Assembly (NCBI GenBank): GCA_043811375.1
Contig: JBDRNJ010000064.1
Location: forward strand, 72,749 to 136,748
Direction of reading: 5' to 3'
Origin: a bacterium
GTDB taxonomy: Bacteria; Zixibacteria; MSB-5A5; GN15; FEB-12
Length of the DNA stretch: 64,000 nucleotides
The notes under the pieces were generated by a model, which worked only from the letters and a program-made list of their open reading frames with translations, did not search any database and had not been told where the DNA came from. The position numbers and the translations under genes were made by a program. Position 1 is the first letter of the stretch, and each line of letters opens with the position of its first letter. This document shows positions 19,489 to 29,296 of the stretch, in pieces.

Positions 19489-21001
19489 GGTTTTCCTCCG
19501 GCTGGTACCTGACCAGGTTCATACCACACACTGGACATTCACCCTTGTGATCCTGGGTTACCCCACATTCGGTCATAGGGCAGACATAGACCTGATGATT
19601 GTCGGTTTCGGACAGGGGTACCAGCTTCATCCCGCACTCAGAGCAGTTACCTTCTCCGTATTGAAAAACGTTGTAATGTTCGGGCATCGGACAGGTGTAG
19701 ATGTCGTGGCCGCCGGTGGCGACAAACTCGTCAGAGTCAGGTTCGGGTGAGGCGCTGACCTGTTTGTGATCGGTATCGTGTTCTTCATGAGTGTTTCCGT
19801 GATCGTGTCCGGCCTGGTATCCTTCGGTGAGGGCTTCGCCCAGGCGTGATTCACTGTCCAGCAGGAACTGTCCTGATGTCACCACCAGTTCGTTTTCAGA
19901 GAGCCCGGAGAGGACGGCGATGTTATCATCATCTCCCACTGCTCCCGTCACGATAACTCTCGGCTCGTAGACATCATCACCCGATGCGACATACACCAAC
20001 TGTCGGACCCCGGAATTGATGACGGCAGATCTGGGGATTACCAGTCGGTTGCCCTCAAGATGGGACGCAATCGAGACCTCGGCATACATCTCAGGCATAA
20101 GTCGATAGTCGCTGTTGTCGATATCGAGGCGTATTTCCACTTGGCCGTGAGTATCGAGAAAGGGAGATATGTACGAAATCGTCGAAGTGATCTCTCTGGC
20201 TCCTGTGTTCGGCAGTACAATACTCGTCCGTTGGTCAACATGAACGAACGGGACGTCCTGCTCATAGATGTGAGCCACCACCCATACGGTCGAAAGATCA
20301 GTGATTTCATACAGTTCGGCTCCCGGCTTGAGATGGTCACCTTCGGAGACATTCTTGGAGATCACTACGCCGTTGGCGGGGGCGTGGATTGTCATAGTGC
20401 GGGTAATCTCGCCGGAAGATTTAAGACGCTCGATCTGGTCTTCGGAGATGTCCCAGTTGGACAATCGGCGGCGAGCCGCTCTTATCAGGTCGGATGCAGA
20501 CTCTCCTGATTTGACTGCTATCAGATATTCTCTCTGGGCGGCCACAAGAGCTGGAGAGTACAGTTCCAGAAGTGGTTGTCCCTGATAGACTTTCTGGCCT
20601 TCGTGATCGACAAAGAGCCGTTCCACCCAACCGTCGATCTTGAGATTGACGGTGTGCCTGTTTGGCTCGGCAATGACAACCTCGCCGAACGCATGCACCA
20701 TCCTGCTGAGCGTGCCATATTCAGCCGGTGCCGTTACAAGTCCCATGTTCTGCCTGGTGACCGGATCAATCGTGACTGATCCTGCCGCACCGGCGCCCGT
20801 TTTCTTGGGCGTCAGTTTCATCCCGCAGATCGGGCAGTATCCCGGTTCATCGGAGATAATCTCCGGGTGCATACCGCATGTGTACTGTTGGACTTCGGCA
20901 CTCTCACCAGACGACAGTTGATCCTCGCCGTGCGGCATGATGAGATATGCGAGGCCGAATCCTGCGGCCAAAGCTGCTATTATGATTATTGCTGTTTTCA
21001 T
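19478..21001 (-). CDS. cusB: CusB-type periplasmic adaptor with N- and C-terminal heavy-metal-binding domains
   Basis: YTCGMHP..CPICGM; LYSPALVAAQREY; GQFLLDSES; two extra CPM..CxxCGM repeats and a His-rich linker. Confidence 0.92.
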   Translation of the reverse strand: MKTAIIIIAALAAGFGLAYLIMPHGEDQLSSGESAEVQQYTCGMHPEIISDEPGYCPICGMKLTPKKTGAGAAGSVTIDPVTRQNMGLVTAPAEYGTLSRMVHAFGEVVIAEPNRHTVNLKIDGWVERLFVDHEGQKVYQGQPLLELYSPALVAAQREYLIAVKSGESASDLIRAARRRLSNWDISEDQIERLKSSGEITRTMTIHAPANGVVISKNVSEGDHLKPGAELYEITDLSTVWVVAHIYEQDVPFVHVDQRTSIVLPNTGAREITSTISYISPFLDTHGQVEIRLDIDNSDYRLMPEMYAEVSIASHLEGNRLVIPRSAVINSGVRQLVYVASGDDVYEPRVIVTGAVGDDDNIAVLSGLSENELVVTSGQFLLDSESRLGEALTEGYQAGHDHGNTHEEHDTDHKQVSASPEPDSDEFVATGGHDIYTCPMPEHYNVFQYGEGNCSECGMKLVPLSETDNHQVYVCPMTECGVTQDHKGECPVCGMNLVRYQPEENHDQ

Positions 21002-22269
21002 CTTGACGCCTCCTGGGCATCGGACGCCAGTTCACGAAGTGCTGCCGTCTGCTGATGGTACTGTTTGAGAAGTTCAAGTCTTTCCAACTCGACATTCATT
21101 ACGTCCAGTTGAGCTGAGAGGAAGCCGTTGAAATCAACCTGACCGACTTCGTAAGCGACCTGCGCAGCTTCGCCGGCTGCTTGTGCCTGAGGAAGGATTG
21201 TCAGTTCGTATTGCTCAACGCGTTCTCGCAAGGACTGTAAAACCAGCACGATATCTGCAACCTTTCGCTCGACACTGTTGATAATCGCGTGTTCGTCGGC
21301 CTGTGCCGCCAGATACGATTGCCTTGCGGCTGCCGTCTGATTTCTCTGACGTGTGAAAAACCAGACCGGCAGGTTCATGCCAATCTTGAATGACAGGAAA
21401 TCCTCACCGGAAACGGCGTCCATGGGGATATCCTTCCGAATACGATAATCGACTCCAACTGTCAGGTTGGGCCAGTATTCGGATTTTGCCAGGTCCACCT
21501 TCCGTTTCGCCACCGCGGAACCTATTGACGCCCTCGCGAAGATAGGGTTAGACAATTCAGCGGGTATTTCAACATATTCCTGCGGAATCGGCGGGAGTAC
21601 ATGTGTTAATGAAGCGTCGATTGTCCCGGGATTGTCGGTAAGCCGGGCGAGCTGAACCAGTGCTGAGGAAGCTTTTTGCCGGGCCATTAGTATGCGGTTT
21701 TCGATTCTCGCTTTGGATGTTTCTGAACGAAGGACATCCTGCAATGAGCCGTCACCATTGGAATATCTGGTCTGAGCGACCTGGATGATATTCTCGACAA
21801 GCTGCATACTCTCGGTAAGAACAGTTTCGACCAAAGTCTGGTGAGAGTAGTCGTAATAGTAATGCACCACCTGTCGGATGATGTTGTTCCTTCGAGCGGC
21901 CAGGTCCGTAGCCTTGATATCAGAATCCAGCCGGGCGATATCGGCCTTGGCAGACAATTTCCCGGGCCATGGAACACTCTGAGACAAACCGAGCGACACA
22001 CCGCTCATGGGGGTTTCGTCGAAACTCATCGATGTTCGCGGTAGATTGAGAATTGCCGCCGAAAGTTTTGGGTCCGGCAGCCAACCGGCGAAATTGGCCC
22101 CGTATTCGGCCGCGCTGTGTCTGTATTCAGCAGCATGAATCGCCGGATGGCGCTCCAGCGCAACCATGATCAGAGAGTCAAGTGTATGATTATCGCTGAT
22201 ATCATCCGCCCAGCCTGTCGGCGCCAGTGCCAGGCAGACCACAAAACAGACTATTGTATTCTTATCCAC
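20998..22269 (-). CDS. TolC/CusC family outer membrane efflux protein
   Basis: Signal peptide, LPDP, SQSVPWPGKL, AYEVGQVDF; overlaps cusB. Confidence 0.9.
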   Translation of the reverse strand: MDKNTIVCFVVCLALAPTGWADDISDNHTLDSLIMVALERHPAIHAAEYRHSAAEYGANFAGWLPDPKLSAAILNLPRTSMSFDETPMSGVSLGLSQSVPWPGKLSAKADIARLDSDIKATDLAARRNNIIRQVVHYYYDYSHQTLVETVLTESMQLVENIIQVAQTRYSNGDGSLQDVLRSETSKARIENRILMARQKASSALVQLARLTDNPGTIDASLTHVLPPIPQEYVEIPAELSNPIFARASIGSAVAKRKVDLAKSEYWPNLTVGVDYRIRKDIPMDAVSGEDFLSFKIGMNLPVWFFTRQRNQTAAARQSYLAAQADEHAIINSVERKVADIVLVLQSLRERVEQYELTILPQAQAAGEAAQVAYEVGQVDFNGFLSAQLDVMNVELERLELLKQYHQQTAALRELASDAQEASR

Positions 22270-22348
22270 TATACAGACTCCATCATTGGTTGGAGGTTAC
22301 AAAAGTGGGGTATAATATACCCCAGGGAACGATCTAAGAAAAGGATTA

Positions 22349-22756
22349 TCAGATAAGATAAGATGCGTTCAGAACGTAGAGAGGCGGCCCATGAGCCGAT
22401 TGCCGGCTGGTTCGGGCGGTTTGAGAGGACCCTGTCTCAATCACCGTGACATTCGAAACAGCCAACATCACGGCAGCAGATGTTTCCGGATTGGTAGTTG
22501 GACGCAGTTGAGCCTCGAGCGGGACTTCCGTTTTTGTCGCTGGAGCAGAGACACTACAGCAACAGGAACTCTCCAGCGAGAGCGCTTCACCGATCGGAGC
22601 CTCGCCTTGCCCATAGCTACAACCACAGCAACAGGACTTGGAACAATCGTCACTCACGTAGTTCGACTGGTACGCCTGCAAGCAGGACGCTGCCGCAACA
22701 ATCAGGACAGTTGCCAGTACCGAAATGAGTCTGAGTCTGTTGCTTATTCTATACAT
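22349..22756 (-). CDS. Cys-rich exported small protein heading the cus operon
   Basis: N-terminal hydrophobic segment, CSKSCCCGC and SCCC clusters, C-terminal HGPPLY...YLI. Confidence 0.7.
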   Translation of the reverse strand: MYRISNRLRLISVLATVLIVAAASCLQAYQSNYVSDDCSKSCCCGCSYGQGEAPIGEALSLESSCCCSVSAPATKTEVPLEAQLRPTTNPETSAAVMLAVSNVTVIETGSSQTARTSRQSAHGPPLYVLNASYLI

Positions 22757-22790
22757 ATGCGTAATATCGACAAATATGGTCCAGCTTTAT

Positions 22791-22815
22791 AACACATACC
22801 GACAGCAGGAGTTCC
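22791..22815 (-). promoter_or_regulatory. Putative ECF-sigma promoter GGAACT-N14-GTGTT
   Basis: 35 nt upstream of ATG 22756; same motif at 32042..32066 and a variant at 45005..45029. Confidence 0.55.
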
Positions 22816-23044
22816 ATTAAGACACTCCCGCAAGATAACATAATGCAAACAAATGAGTTACGGCTCCTGCGAAGTCTCCGGTTGGCGATGGAGCTGCTCG
22901 TTGTCAGGCAGTTCTGCATAGACAGTAGTTAATGCCAATATAACCGCAAAGTTAAATGATTTAGTGACTTCACCACTGCCAGGTATTCGTGACCTCCCCT
23001 TTAGATACTTGCCAACAACGCCATCACTTCGGTACCATGACTCA

Positions 23045-23722
23045 ATGAAAACGTCCGACCTTCTCCGTGGTTGCTACCTCTGCCGGGACCTTGACCAGAG
23101 GGAACTGGAAGCACTTGAGGAAATCGTCTCAGTTCGGAGAGTGAACAGGGGAGAGGTACTCTTTCTTCAGGGCGACCACGCAACGGGCTTCTATGTTCTC
23201 CTGGACGGCTCGATCCGGATTTACAAAGCCTCACCGGACGGCAAAGAGTACACCCTGCATCATATCCGAGCGGGGCAGATGTTCGCCGAGGCGGCCGTTT
23301 TTGGTGACTCAACCTTCCCGGCCAATGCCGTCGCCAGCGAGGTCTCCACAGTGGCCTTTTTCCCAAAAGACCGGTTCATTCGCCTGATACAAGATTCACC
23401 GCAAATCTCGTTGAAGATGATCGCTGGTCTGGCCGGCTTTGTACGCGAATTCAATCAGCAGATCGAAGACCTCTCGCTTAAGGAAGTCCCGGCTCGGTTG
23501 GCCGGTTACCTGCTCAGGTCGCTGAAAGAAACCGGCGATATGATAATTACTCTCAGCATCAGTAAGGCTGAATTGGCCCGTTCACTCGGCACGACAAGCG
23601 AGACCCTCTCTCGTAACCTTACGAAATTCAGAGACTCAGGCGTCATTTCCGGCGACGGCCGGGAGATCACCGTGGTCGACCAAGCCCAATTGGAAAAAAT
23701 CGCCGACGGCCAAAAAATCTGA
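23045..23722 (+). CDS. Crp/Fnr family regulator (DNR/HcpR-like, no FNR Cys cluster)
   Basis: cNMP-type domain (GQMFAE, FPANA); HTH LGTTSETLSR. Confidence 0.92.
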   Translation: MKTSDLLRGCYLCRDLDQRELEALEEIVSVRRVNRGEVLFLQGDHATGFYVLLDGSIRIYKASPDGKEYTLHHIRAGQMFAEAAVFGDSTFPANAVASEVSTVAFFPKDRFIRLIQDSPQISLKMIAGLAGFVREFNQQIEDLSLKEVPARLAGYLLRSLKETGDMIITLSISKAELARSLGTTSETLSRNLTKFRDSGVISGDGREITVVDQAQLEKIADGQKI

Positions 23723-23728
23723 TATCTC

Positions 23729-23742
23729 TTGATCTGAATCAA
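23729..23742 (+). promoter_or_regulatory. FNR/DNR-type box TTGAT-ctga-ATCAA
   Basis: Perfect consensus between the regulator gene and the ferredoxin gene. Confidence 0.8.
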
Positions 23743-23822
23743 AGCCTTATTCCATCCACTTTCCGATCTTCTTCTCAGAAAGTAGATAGAAAATGACCTC
23801 GATACCCCAGGAGGTAAGAAAA

Positions 23823-24620
23823 ATGGCCATTCGGAATATTGTCAAAATCGATGAAGAACTTTGTGACGGCTGCGGCGATTGCGTAACCGCTTGTGCCGAA
23901 GGCGCCATCCAGATTATTGATGGTAAAGCTAAACTTGTAAGTGACACCTACTGTGACGGCTTGGGCGCCTGTCTGGGCGACTGCCCGCAAAGCGCGATCA
24001 CAGTCGAAGAGCGGGAAGCATCGGATTTCGACGAAGCAGCGGTTGCCCAACATTTGGCCAAACTAAAGCAAGACACTCAGCCCGGTCAGGTATTGTCGGA
24101 ATCACACCATGCAAAAGGATCAGACACGCTTCCGTGTGGATGTCCGGGATCGGCAATGCAACAATTGAATCCCACAGCCCAGACTGCACCGGCGTCCCCA
24201 ACCGACCTCTCCCAGCCGGTCATGCCCTCTCAGTTGGGCCACTGGCCGATACAACTGATGCTGGTGCCACCGCATGCGCCGTTTCTGAAAAACGCCGATC
24301 TGCTGATCTGCGCCGACTGCGTACCGTTTACCGTGCCAGACTTTCATTTCCGGTATCTGACCGGCCGCTCCCTGGTCGTTGGCTGTCCCAAGTTGGACGA
24401 CCTCCAGCATTACCACGACAAACTCAAGGCTATATACCAGGAAGCGGCGCCGCGTTCTATCACCGTGCTCAAGATGGAAGTCCCTTGCTGCAACGGCATC
24501 GCTCAGGCAGCCGTCCAGGCGCGTAACGAGGTAGCTCCGCATATCCCGGTGGAAGTCCATACAATTGGTGTGCGTGGCAACATTGTCGATCGCAAAACGC
24601 CGTGTGAGTCGGCAGTCTGA
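23823..24620 (+). CDS. 4Fe-4S ferredoxin domain iron-sulfur protein
   Basis: CDGCGDCVTAC and CDGLGACLGDCP; GCPG, WPIQL, ADC, GCPKLD, MEVPCC. Confidence 0.9.
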   Translation: MAIRNIVKIDEELCDGCGDCVTACAEGAIQIIDGKAKLVSDTYCDGLGACLGDCPQSAITVEEREASDFDEAAVAQHLAKLKQDTQPGQVLSESHHAKGSDTLPCGCPGSAMQQLNPTAQTAPASPTDLSQPVMPSQLGHWPIQLMLVPPHAPFLKNADLLICADCVPFTVPDFHFRYLTGRSLVVGCPKLDDLQHYHDKLKAIYQEAAPRSITVLKMEVPCCNGIAQAAVQARNEVAPHIPVEVHTIGVRGNIVDRKTPCESAV

Positions 24621-24630
24621 AATCCAAGCG

Positions 24631-24885
24631 ATGCTTCGCCAACAGGTACAAGAGAAACCGACCGCCGAACAACAACCATGGTTGAAATCGACCCGCCCGA
24701 AACCTGTTGTATGGCTGGCGGAGAATGTTCGGTCGGTAGTGCAGATCAGTTTTGCGCTTCTCTGTATCTGGAAAAGTATAGAGGGATACATTCAATACTA
24801 CACCAACTATGAAAGCTATAGTCACCCGACCAGCACATCGGAGATTCGTGGTCTCGACAGGGACACGTCTCAAGCGAGCGAGTAG
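24631..24885 (+). pseudogene. Possible remnant of a YccM/NapH-like membrane polyferredoxin N-terminus
   Basis: VRSVVQISFALLCIW..IE..Y..YE resembles the first TM of such proteins; the ORF ends early with no Cys motifs. Confidence 0.3.
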
Positions 24886-24912
24886 GGTCGGCGTCAGTTC
24901 ACGCATTTAATC

Positions 24913-24953
24913 TTGACACCAATCGATAACCGGACTAAATGTAGCGTTATAAT
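24913..24953 (+). promoter_or_regulatory. Class II Crp/Fnr promoter: TTGAC-acca-ATCGA box plus TATAAT
   Basis: Box at 24913..24926 and TATAAT at 24948..24953; spacing fits a site centred near -41.5. Confidence 0.6.
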
Positions 24954-24975
24954 CAAATCTTAGAAAGGAGCAGGA

Positions 24976-26277
24976 ATGATAAAGGTAGCTATGCAGACGA
25001 TCATTTTGGTGGTCGCAGTACTTATCACGGGCCAGGCGATGGCGGAAACAGACGTCAACATCACCGGGCAGGTGAGAGTGCGCTCTGAACTTTCCGATCG
25101 GAGCTTCGACTCAACCGCCAAAGCACAGCAGTACACGTATCTGCGCACGCGTGTCATGGCCGATGCCGCAATAGATGACAACACTCATGCGGTCGTCCAG
25201 TTCCAGGACAGCCGTACTCTTGGTGCCGGTGGCTTCTCTGGTGACCACACGACTGGTGATGCGAAGAACGTCGATCTGCATCAGGCCTACTTGCAGGTTG
25301 ATCATCTCTGGGAGAACGGGCCTGGTCTGAAAGCCGGGCGCTTTGAAGTCAACCTTGGCAACCAGCGTGTGTTCGGTAGTGTGGGTTGGCATAACGTGGG
25401 CCGCTCATGGGAAGGGTTTCAGGCGTGGCTGGACAGGGAGAACGTCAGGTTCGACGCGTTCTGGCTCAAGAAGATGGAGCTTGATGACGTTACCGGGAAC
25501 ACCGATTACGATATCTTTGGAGCTTATGCCACTATCAAGCCCGCCAATCTGGACCTGTTTGCTTTCTTTGAGCATGATGCCTACCAGGACGATTCGACGC
25601 CTGTTACCAACGCCCCCACCGGTACCTTCTACTCCCACCACAAGAGGTTAAAGCGACTCAACCTCGGTCTTCACTATAAACGGACATACCAGCAGTTCGA
25701 CTTCGATGTCAATGCCGTCTATCAGACCGGCAAAATGCAGCAATGGGATGAGCCCGTTCCCGATTCGCTGGCATCGGTAGAACATGACATAGCAGCCCTC
25801 ATGTTCACATTTGAGGGTGGTTACACGTTTGACCGGTCATGCAAGCCGCGGCTGGGTTTGGGAATCGACTACGCTTCCGGTGACGACAACTTGATCGACA
25901 CGGACCACAAGGCGTACAACAACCTGTATTACACCGGACATAAATTCCGTGGTTACATGGACTACTTCCTTGGTTCCGGATCTGAAGGCCTTATGGATGT
26001 AATGCTGCGTCTGAAGGTCAACCCGACAGAGGGCTGGACCGTCAAAGGCGATTTGCATCTTTTCCGGACGGCCACGGAGTACGCTGATTTCTCCGACACC
26101 ACCGCGACTACCAGGGATGTTGGCATGGAGTTTGACCTCGGCGTGTCCACAGTGCGCGTGGCGGGAGTCAATCTGGCAGCTGGTACCAGTGTATTCCTGC
26201 CTTCGGAATCATACGTAGGCATGGCCGACCCGGATCCAACATTCTGGAGTTACTTCCAGGCGACGGCCAACTTTTGA
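24976..26277 (+). CDS. Alginate-export-family outer membrane beta-barrel porin
   Basis: Signal peptide, GQVRVRSE, LHQAY, KAGR, DYASGD, YTGHKFRG.MD, C-terminal Phe. Confidence 0.85.
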   Translation: MIKVAMQTIILVVAVLITGQAMAETDVNITGQVRVRSELSDRSFDSTAKAQQYTYLRTRVMADAAIDDNTHAVVQFQDSRTLGAGGFSGDHTTGDAKNVDLHQAYLQVDHLWENGPGLKAGRFEVNLGNQRVFGSVGWHNVGRSWEGFQAWLDRENVRFDAFWLKKMELDDVTGNTDYDIFGAYATIKPANLDLFAFFEHDAYQDDSTPVTNAPTGTFYSHHKRLKRLNLGLHYKRTYQQFDFDVNAVYQTGKMQQWDEPVPDSLASVEHDIAALMFTFEGGYTFDRSCKPRLGLGIDYASGDDNLIDTDHKAYNNLYYTGHKFRGYMDYFLGSGSEGLMDVMLRLKVNPTEGWTVKGDLHLFRTATEYADFSDTTATTRDVGMEFDLGVSTVRVAGVNLAAGTSVFLPSESYVGMADPDPTFWSYFQATANF

Positions 26278-26342
26278 GGCTGGACCGGGTCGCTGGAGTT
26301 GTGTATATTTGATCGAGTTTCGAAGACCATAACAGGAGTTGT

Positions 26343-27680
26343 GTGATGAAACGAATTGCTGGTATTTTGCTGTTGATGCTGTCATTTGCGTCGCTTGCAT
26401 ACGCTGACACTGCACCAACGGTCGCCCAGGTTGCCGGAAAGTGCATGACCTGCCACAAGGAGAAATCCCCAGGCCTTTATCAGCAGTGGTTTATGTCTCA
26501 GCACGCCATGCATAAGGTGACATGTATTGATTGTCATGGTGCTCAGCAGGGCGACAAGGACGGTTACATGCACGAGGGTGCCCTTATCGCCACCCTGGTG
26601 ACGCCCAAGGACTGCGGCGCCTGCCATGAGAAAGAGCGCATGGAGGTTGAGAATTCCTACCATGCTCATGCCGGCGAGATTCTCGAGTCCGCAGATGCTT
26701 ATCTGGCTCATGTGGCCGGCGGCGAACCGGTGGCCATCACCGGATGCGAAAGCTGCCACGGGGGGAAAGTGCAAATCGACCCAGGTTCACCCAACATGCT
26801 GTCGAGAAAGAGTTGGCCCAACTCCGGCATCGGGCGACTCAACCCTGATGGCTCCAAGGGATCATGCAACGCCTGCCACACGCGGCATTCGTTCTCAATC
26901 GCCCAGGCTCGCAAGCCGGAAGCGTGTTCCAAGTGTCACCTGGGACCCGACCACCCACAGAAGGAAGTGTACGAGGAATCCAAGCATGGTAATGCCTACT
27001 ACTCGCACATAGATAAAATGAATATCGACTCCGATCGTTGGGTTGTCGGCATAGATTACTTTGAGGCTCCGACTTGCGCCACCTGTCATTTATCTGCGAC
27101 TACATCCACAGCAGTAACACATGACGTTGGCGATAGAATAAGCTGGACACTGCGACCGCCCGTTTCGAAGCACAAAGACAACTGGCAGGTTAAACGCGCT
27201 AACATGAAGACCGTATGCAATACCTGCCACAGCAGCAGTTTCCCGGATGGCCACTATTACCAATTCGATGCTCTCGTGAAGCTCTACAACGAAAAATTCG
27301 CCAAACCGGCCGGGGAGATCATGAAAATCGTCAAAGAGCGCAAGCTTATGAAAAGCCCGGCTGCGTTTGGAAACAAGATCGAATGGGTCTACTGGGAGCT
27401 ATGGCATCATGAAGGTAGACGGGCTCGGCACGGAGCGGCCATGATGGGACCGGATTACACATGGTGGCACGGCATTTATGACGTCGCCCAGCATTTCTAT
27501 TTCAAATTGCTTCCTGAGGCTCACAAGTTCAACGATCCCGAGTTGAATGCGTATCTTGACAAATTGATCCATGACGATCCCATGCACGCCTGGATAACTA
27601 CTCCGACTGAAGAACTGAAGGAGAAAATCCGTTCCGGCGAAATGCAAAAGATCTATGAAGGTCTTTTCGAACAGAATTAG
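26343..27680 (+). CDS. Octaheme cytochrome c, hydroxylamine oxidoreductase family (probably reductive type)
   Basis: Signal peptide and 8 CxxCH; CHTRH.FS, CHLGPDHPQ.E.YEESKHG, APTCATCH, MGPDYTWWHG. Confidence 0.9.
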   Translation: MMKRIAGILLLMLSFASLAYADTAPTVAQVAGKCMTCHKEKSPGLYQQWFMSQHAMHKVTCIDCHGAQQGDKDGYMHEGALIATLVTPKDCGACHEKERMEVENSYHAHAGEILESADAYLAHVAGGEPVAITGCESCHGGKVQIDPGSPNMLSRKSWPNSGIGRLNPDGSKGSCNACHTRHSFSIAQARKPEACSKCHLGPDHPQKEVYEESKHGNAYYSHIDKMNIDSDRWVVGIDYFEAPTCATCHLSATTSTAVTHDVGDRISWTLRPPVSKHKDNWQVKRANMKTVCNTCHSSSFPDGHYYQFDALVKLYNEKFAKPAGEIMKIVKERKLMKSPAAFGNKIEWVYWELWHHEGRRARHGAAMMGPDYTWWHGIYDVAQHFYFKLLPEAHKFNDPELNAYLDKLIHDDPMHAWITTPTEELKEKIRSGEMQKIYEGLFEQN

Positions 27681-27689
27681 GAGGTCGTC

Positions 27690-29186
27690 TTGTTTGCAAG
27701 ATACCTCAATTTTGTGCGGGGTGTAGCAACTAATTGGTGGGGACGTCTCGGTGTAATTATCACCACCTCCTCATTCGTGTGCATGGTGGTGATTGAACTG
27801 GCCCGCCTGATTGGCCTGGTCACCAGTTCTTATGCCGGTCTGGTTAGCTATATGCTGTTCCCGGCCCTGTTTGTTGTCGGACTGCTGCTGATTCCGATCG
27901 GTTGGAGAAAACTCAAGAAACAAACGGGCAAATCGAGCAGGGAGTTGATGGAGACCGAATTCGGGAAGGAATACGCTGCCGCTTCTTTCGGGGGGGCGCG
28001 GCTTTTCCGCACGGTCGGAATCCTGTCGATAGTCAACGTGCTTTTTCTCCTGGTGATCGGCGCCCGTATGCTGACGTTTATGGACAGCGCCGAGTTCTGC
28101 GGTACAGCCTGCCACAGCGTAATGAATCCGGAGTGGGTAACCTACCAGCAATCTCCCCACGCCAGAGTGGCCTGTATCGAGTGCCATGTAGGAGAAGGTG
28201 CCGAAGCGCTGATTGACAGCAAATTAAACGGTCTCTGGCAGGTGATTTCGGTGACTTTTGACTTTCTGGAGCGCCCAATTCCGACTCCGGTACATCAGTT
28301 ACGGCCGGCCCGGGAAACCTGCGAGAAGTGCCACTGGCCTGACAAGTTCTACGGCCGGCGGCTTAAGACGATCGCACACTACAGCCACGACTCGGTTTCG
28401 ACGCCGCTCTACACCACTTTGAGCCTTAAGGTCGATGCCGGCACGTCCCGGGAACGGGGCGGAATACACTGGCACATAGCTCAGAAGAACGAGGTGCGAT
28501 ACGCCTCGGTAGACGACCAACGAGAGAAGATCGTCTGGGCGGAGGTGAAACGCGGCGACGGCAACTTCCACCGATACAGTTCGACCGATCCGGCAGTAAG
28601 CGGCCAGAACACCGCCTCTGTCAGGACCATGGATTGCGTTGATTGCCACAACCGCGCGACCCATATCTATGAGTTACCGGACAGGGCAGTCGACGAACGG
28701 ATCCAGAATCGTGTTCTGGATCGATCGATGCCGTTCTTAAAACGTGAAGCGCTGCATGCTGTTTCCGCCGGCTATGCCTCGAGAGAGGCCGCCATGGAGG
28801 GTATCGCGAACCATATGAACGGCTTTTACCAGCGCCATTACCCTGACCTGGCACGATCACAGGCGACGATACTTGATTCTGTGGTTACGGTCTTGCAGAA
28901 CATTTACAACCGCAATATCCACCCGGGCATGAATATAGAGTGGGGGTCGTATGCCAGTCACATCGGCCACAAGGGAGACAGGGGCTGTTTTCGCTGTCAC
29001 AATTCTCGTATGGTTGACGATGCAGGCAACAGCATTTCAGATGACTGTGCTCTATGTCATTCCCTTCTCTCTAACGATCATAAAAACCCGTTCAAGTATC
29101 TTCAGCCGGTGGACACTTCCGATGTTGACTATCAGATGCATCAGTATCTTCAGGATGAGTTCCTGCGATCATTCGGGGATAACTAA
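27690..29186 (+). CDS. NapC/NirT family membrane multiheme cytochrome c
   Basis: Three N-terminal TMs, FCGTACH plus 5 CxxCH, RPARETCEKCHWP. Confidence 0.88.
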   Translation: MFARYLNFVRGVATNWWGRLGVIITTSSFVCMVVIELARLIGLVTSSYAGLVSYMLFPALFVVGLLLIPIGWRKLKKQTGKSSRELMETEFGKEYAAASFGGARLFRTVGILSIVNVLFLLVIGARMLTFMDSAEFCGTACHSVMNPEWVTYQQSPHARVACIECHVGEGAEALIDSKLNGLWQVISVTFDFLERPIPTPVHQLRPARETCEKCHWPDKFYGRRLKTIAHYSHDSVSTPLYTTLSLKVDAGTSRERGGIHWHIAQKNEVRYASVDDQREKIVWAEVKRGDGNFHRYSSTDPAVSGQNTASVRTMDCVDCHNRATHIYELPDRAVDERIQNRVLDRSMPFLKREALHAVSAGYASREAAMEGIANHMNGFYQRHYPDLARSQATILDSVVTVLQNIYNRNIHPGMNIEWGSYASHIGHKGDRGCFRCHNSRMVDDAGNSISDDCALCHSLLSNDHKNPFKYLQPVDTSDVDYQMHQYLQDEFLRSFGDN

Positions 29187-29296
29187 CGATCGGTCGATGT
29201 TAGTAAAAAACAGGCAGCAACCTGTCATCTTAAGAAAACAGGTTCCTTATTAGTGCTGAGTCGGACTATCACAACGGATCAACGGATTACTTTATA

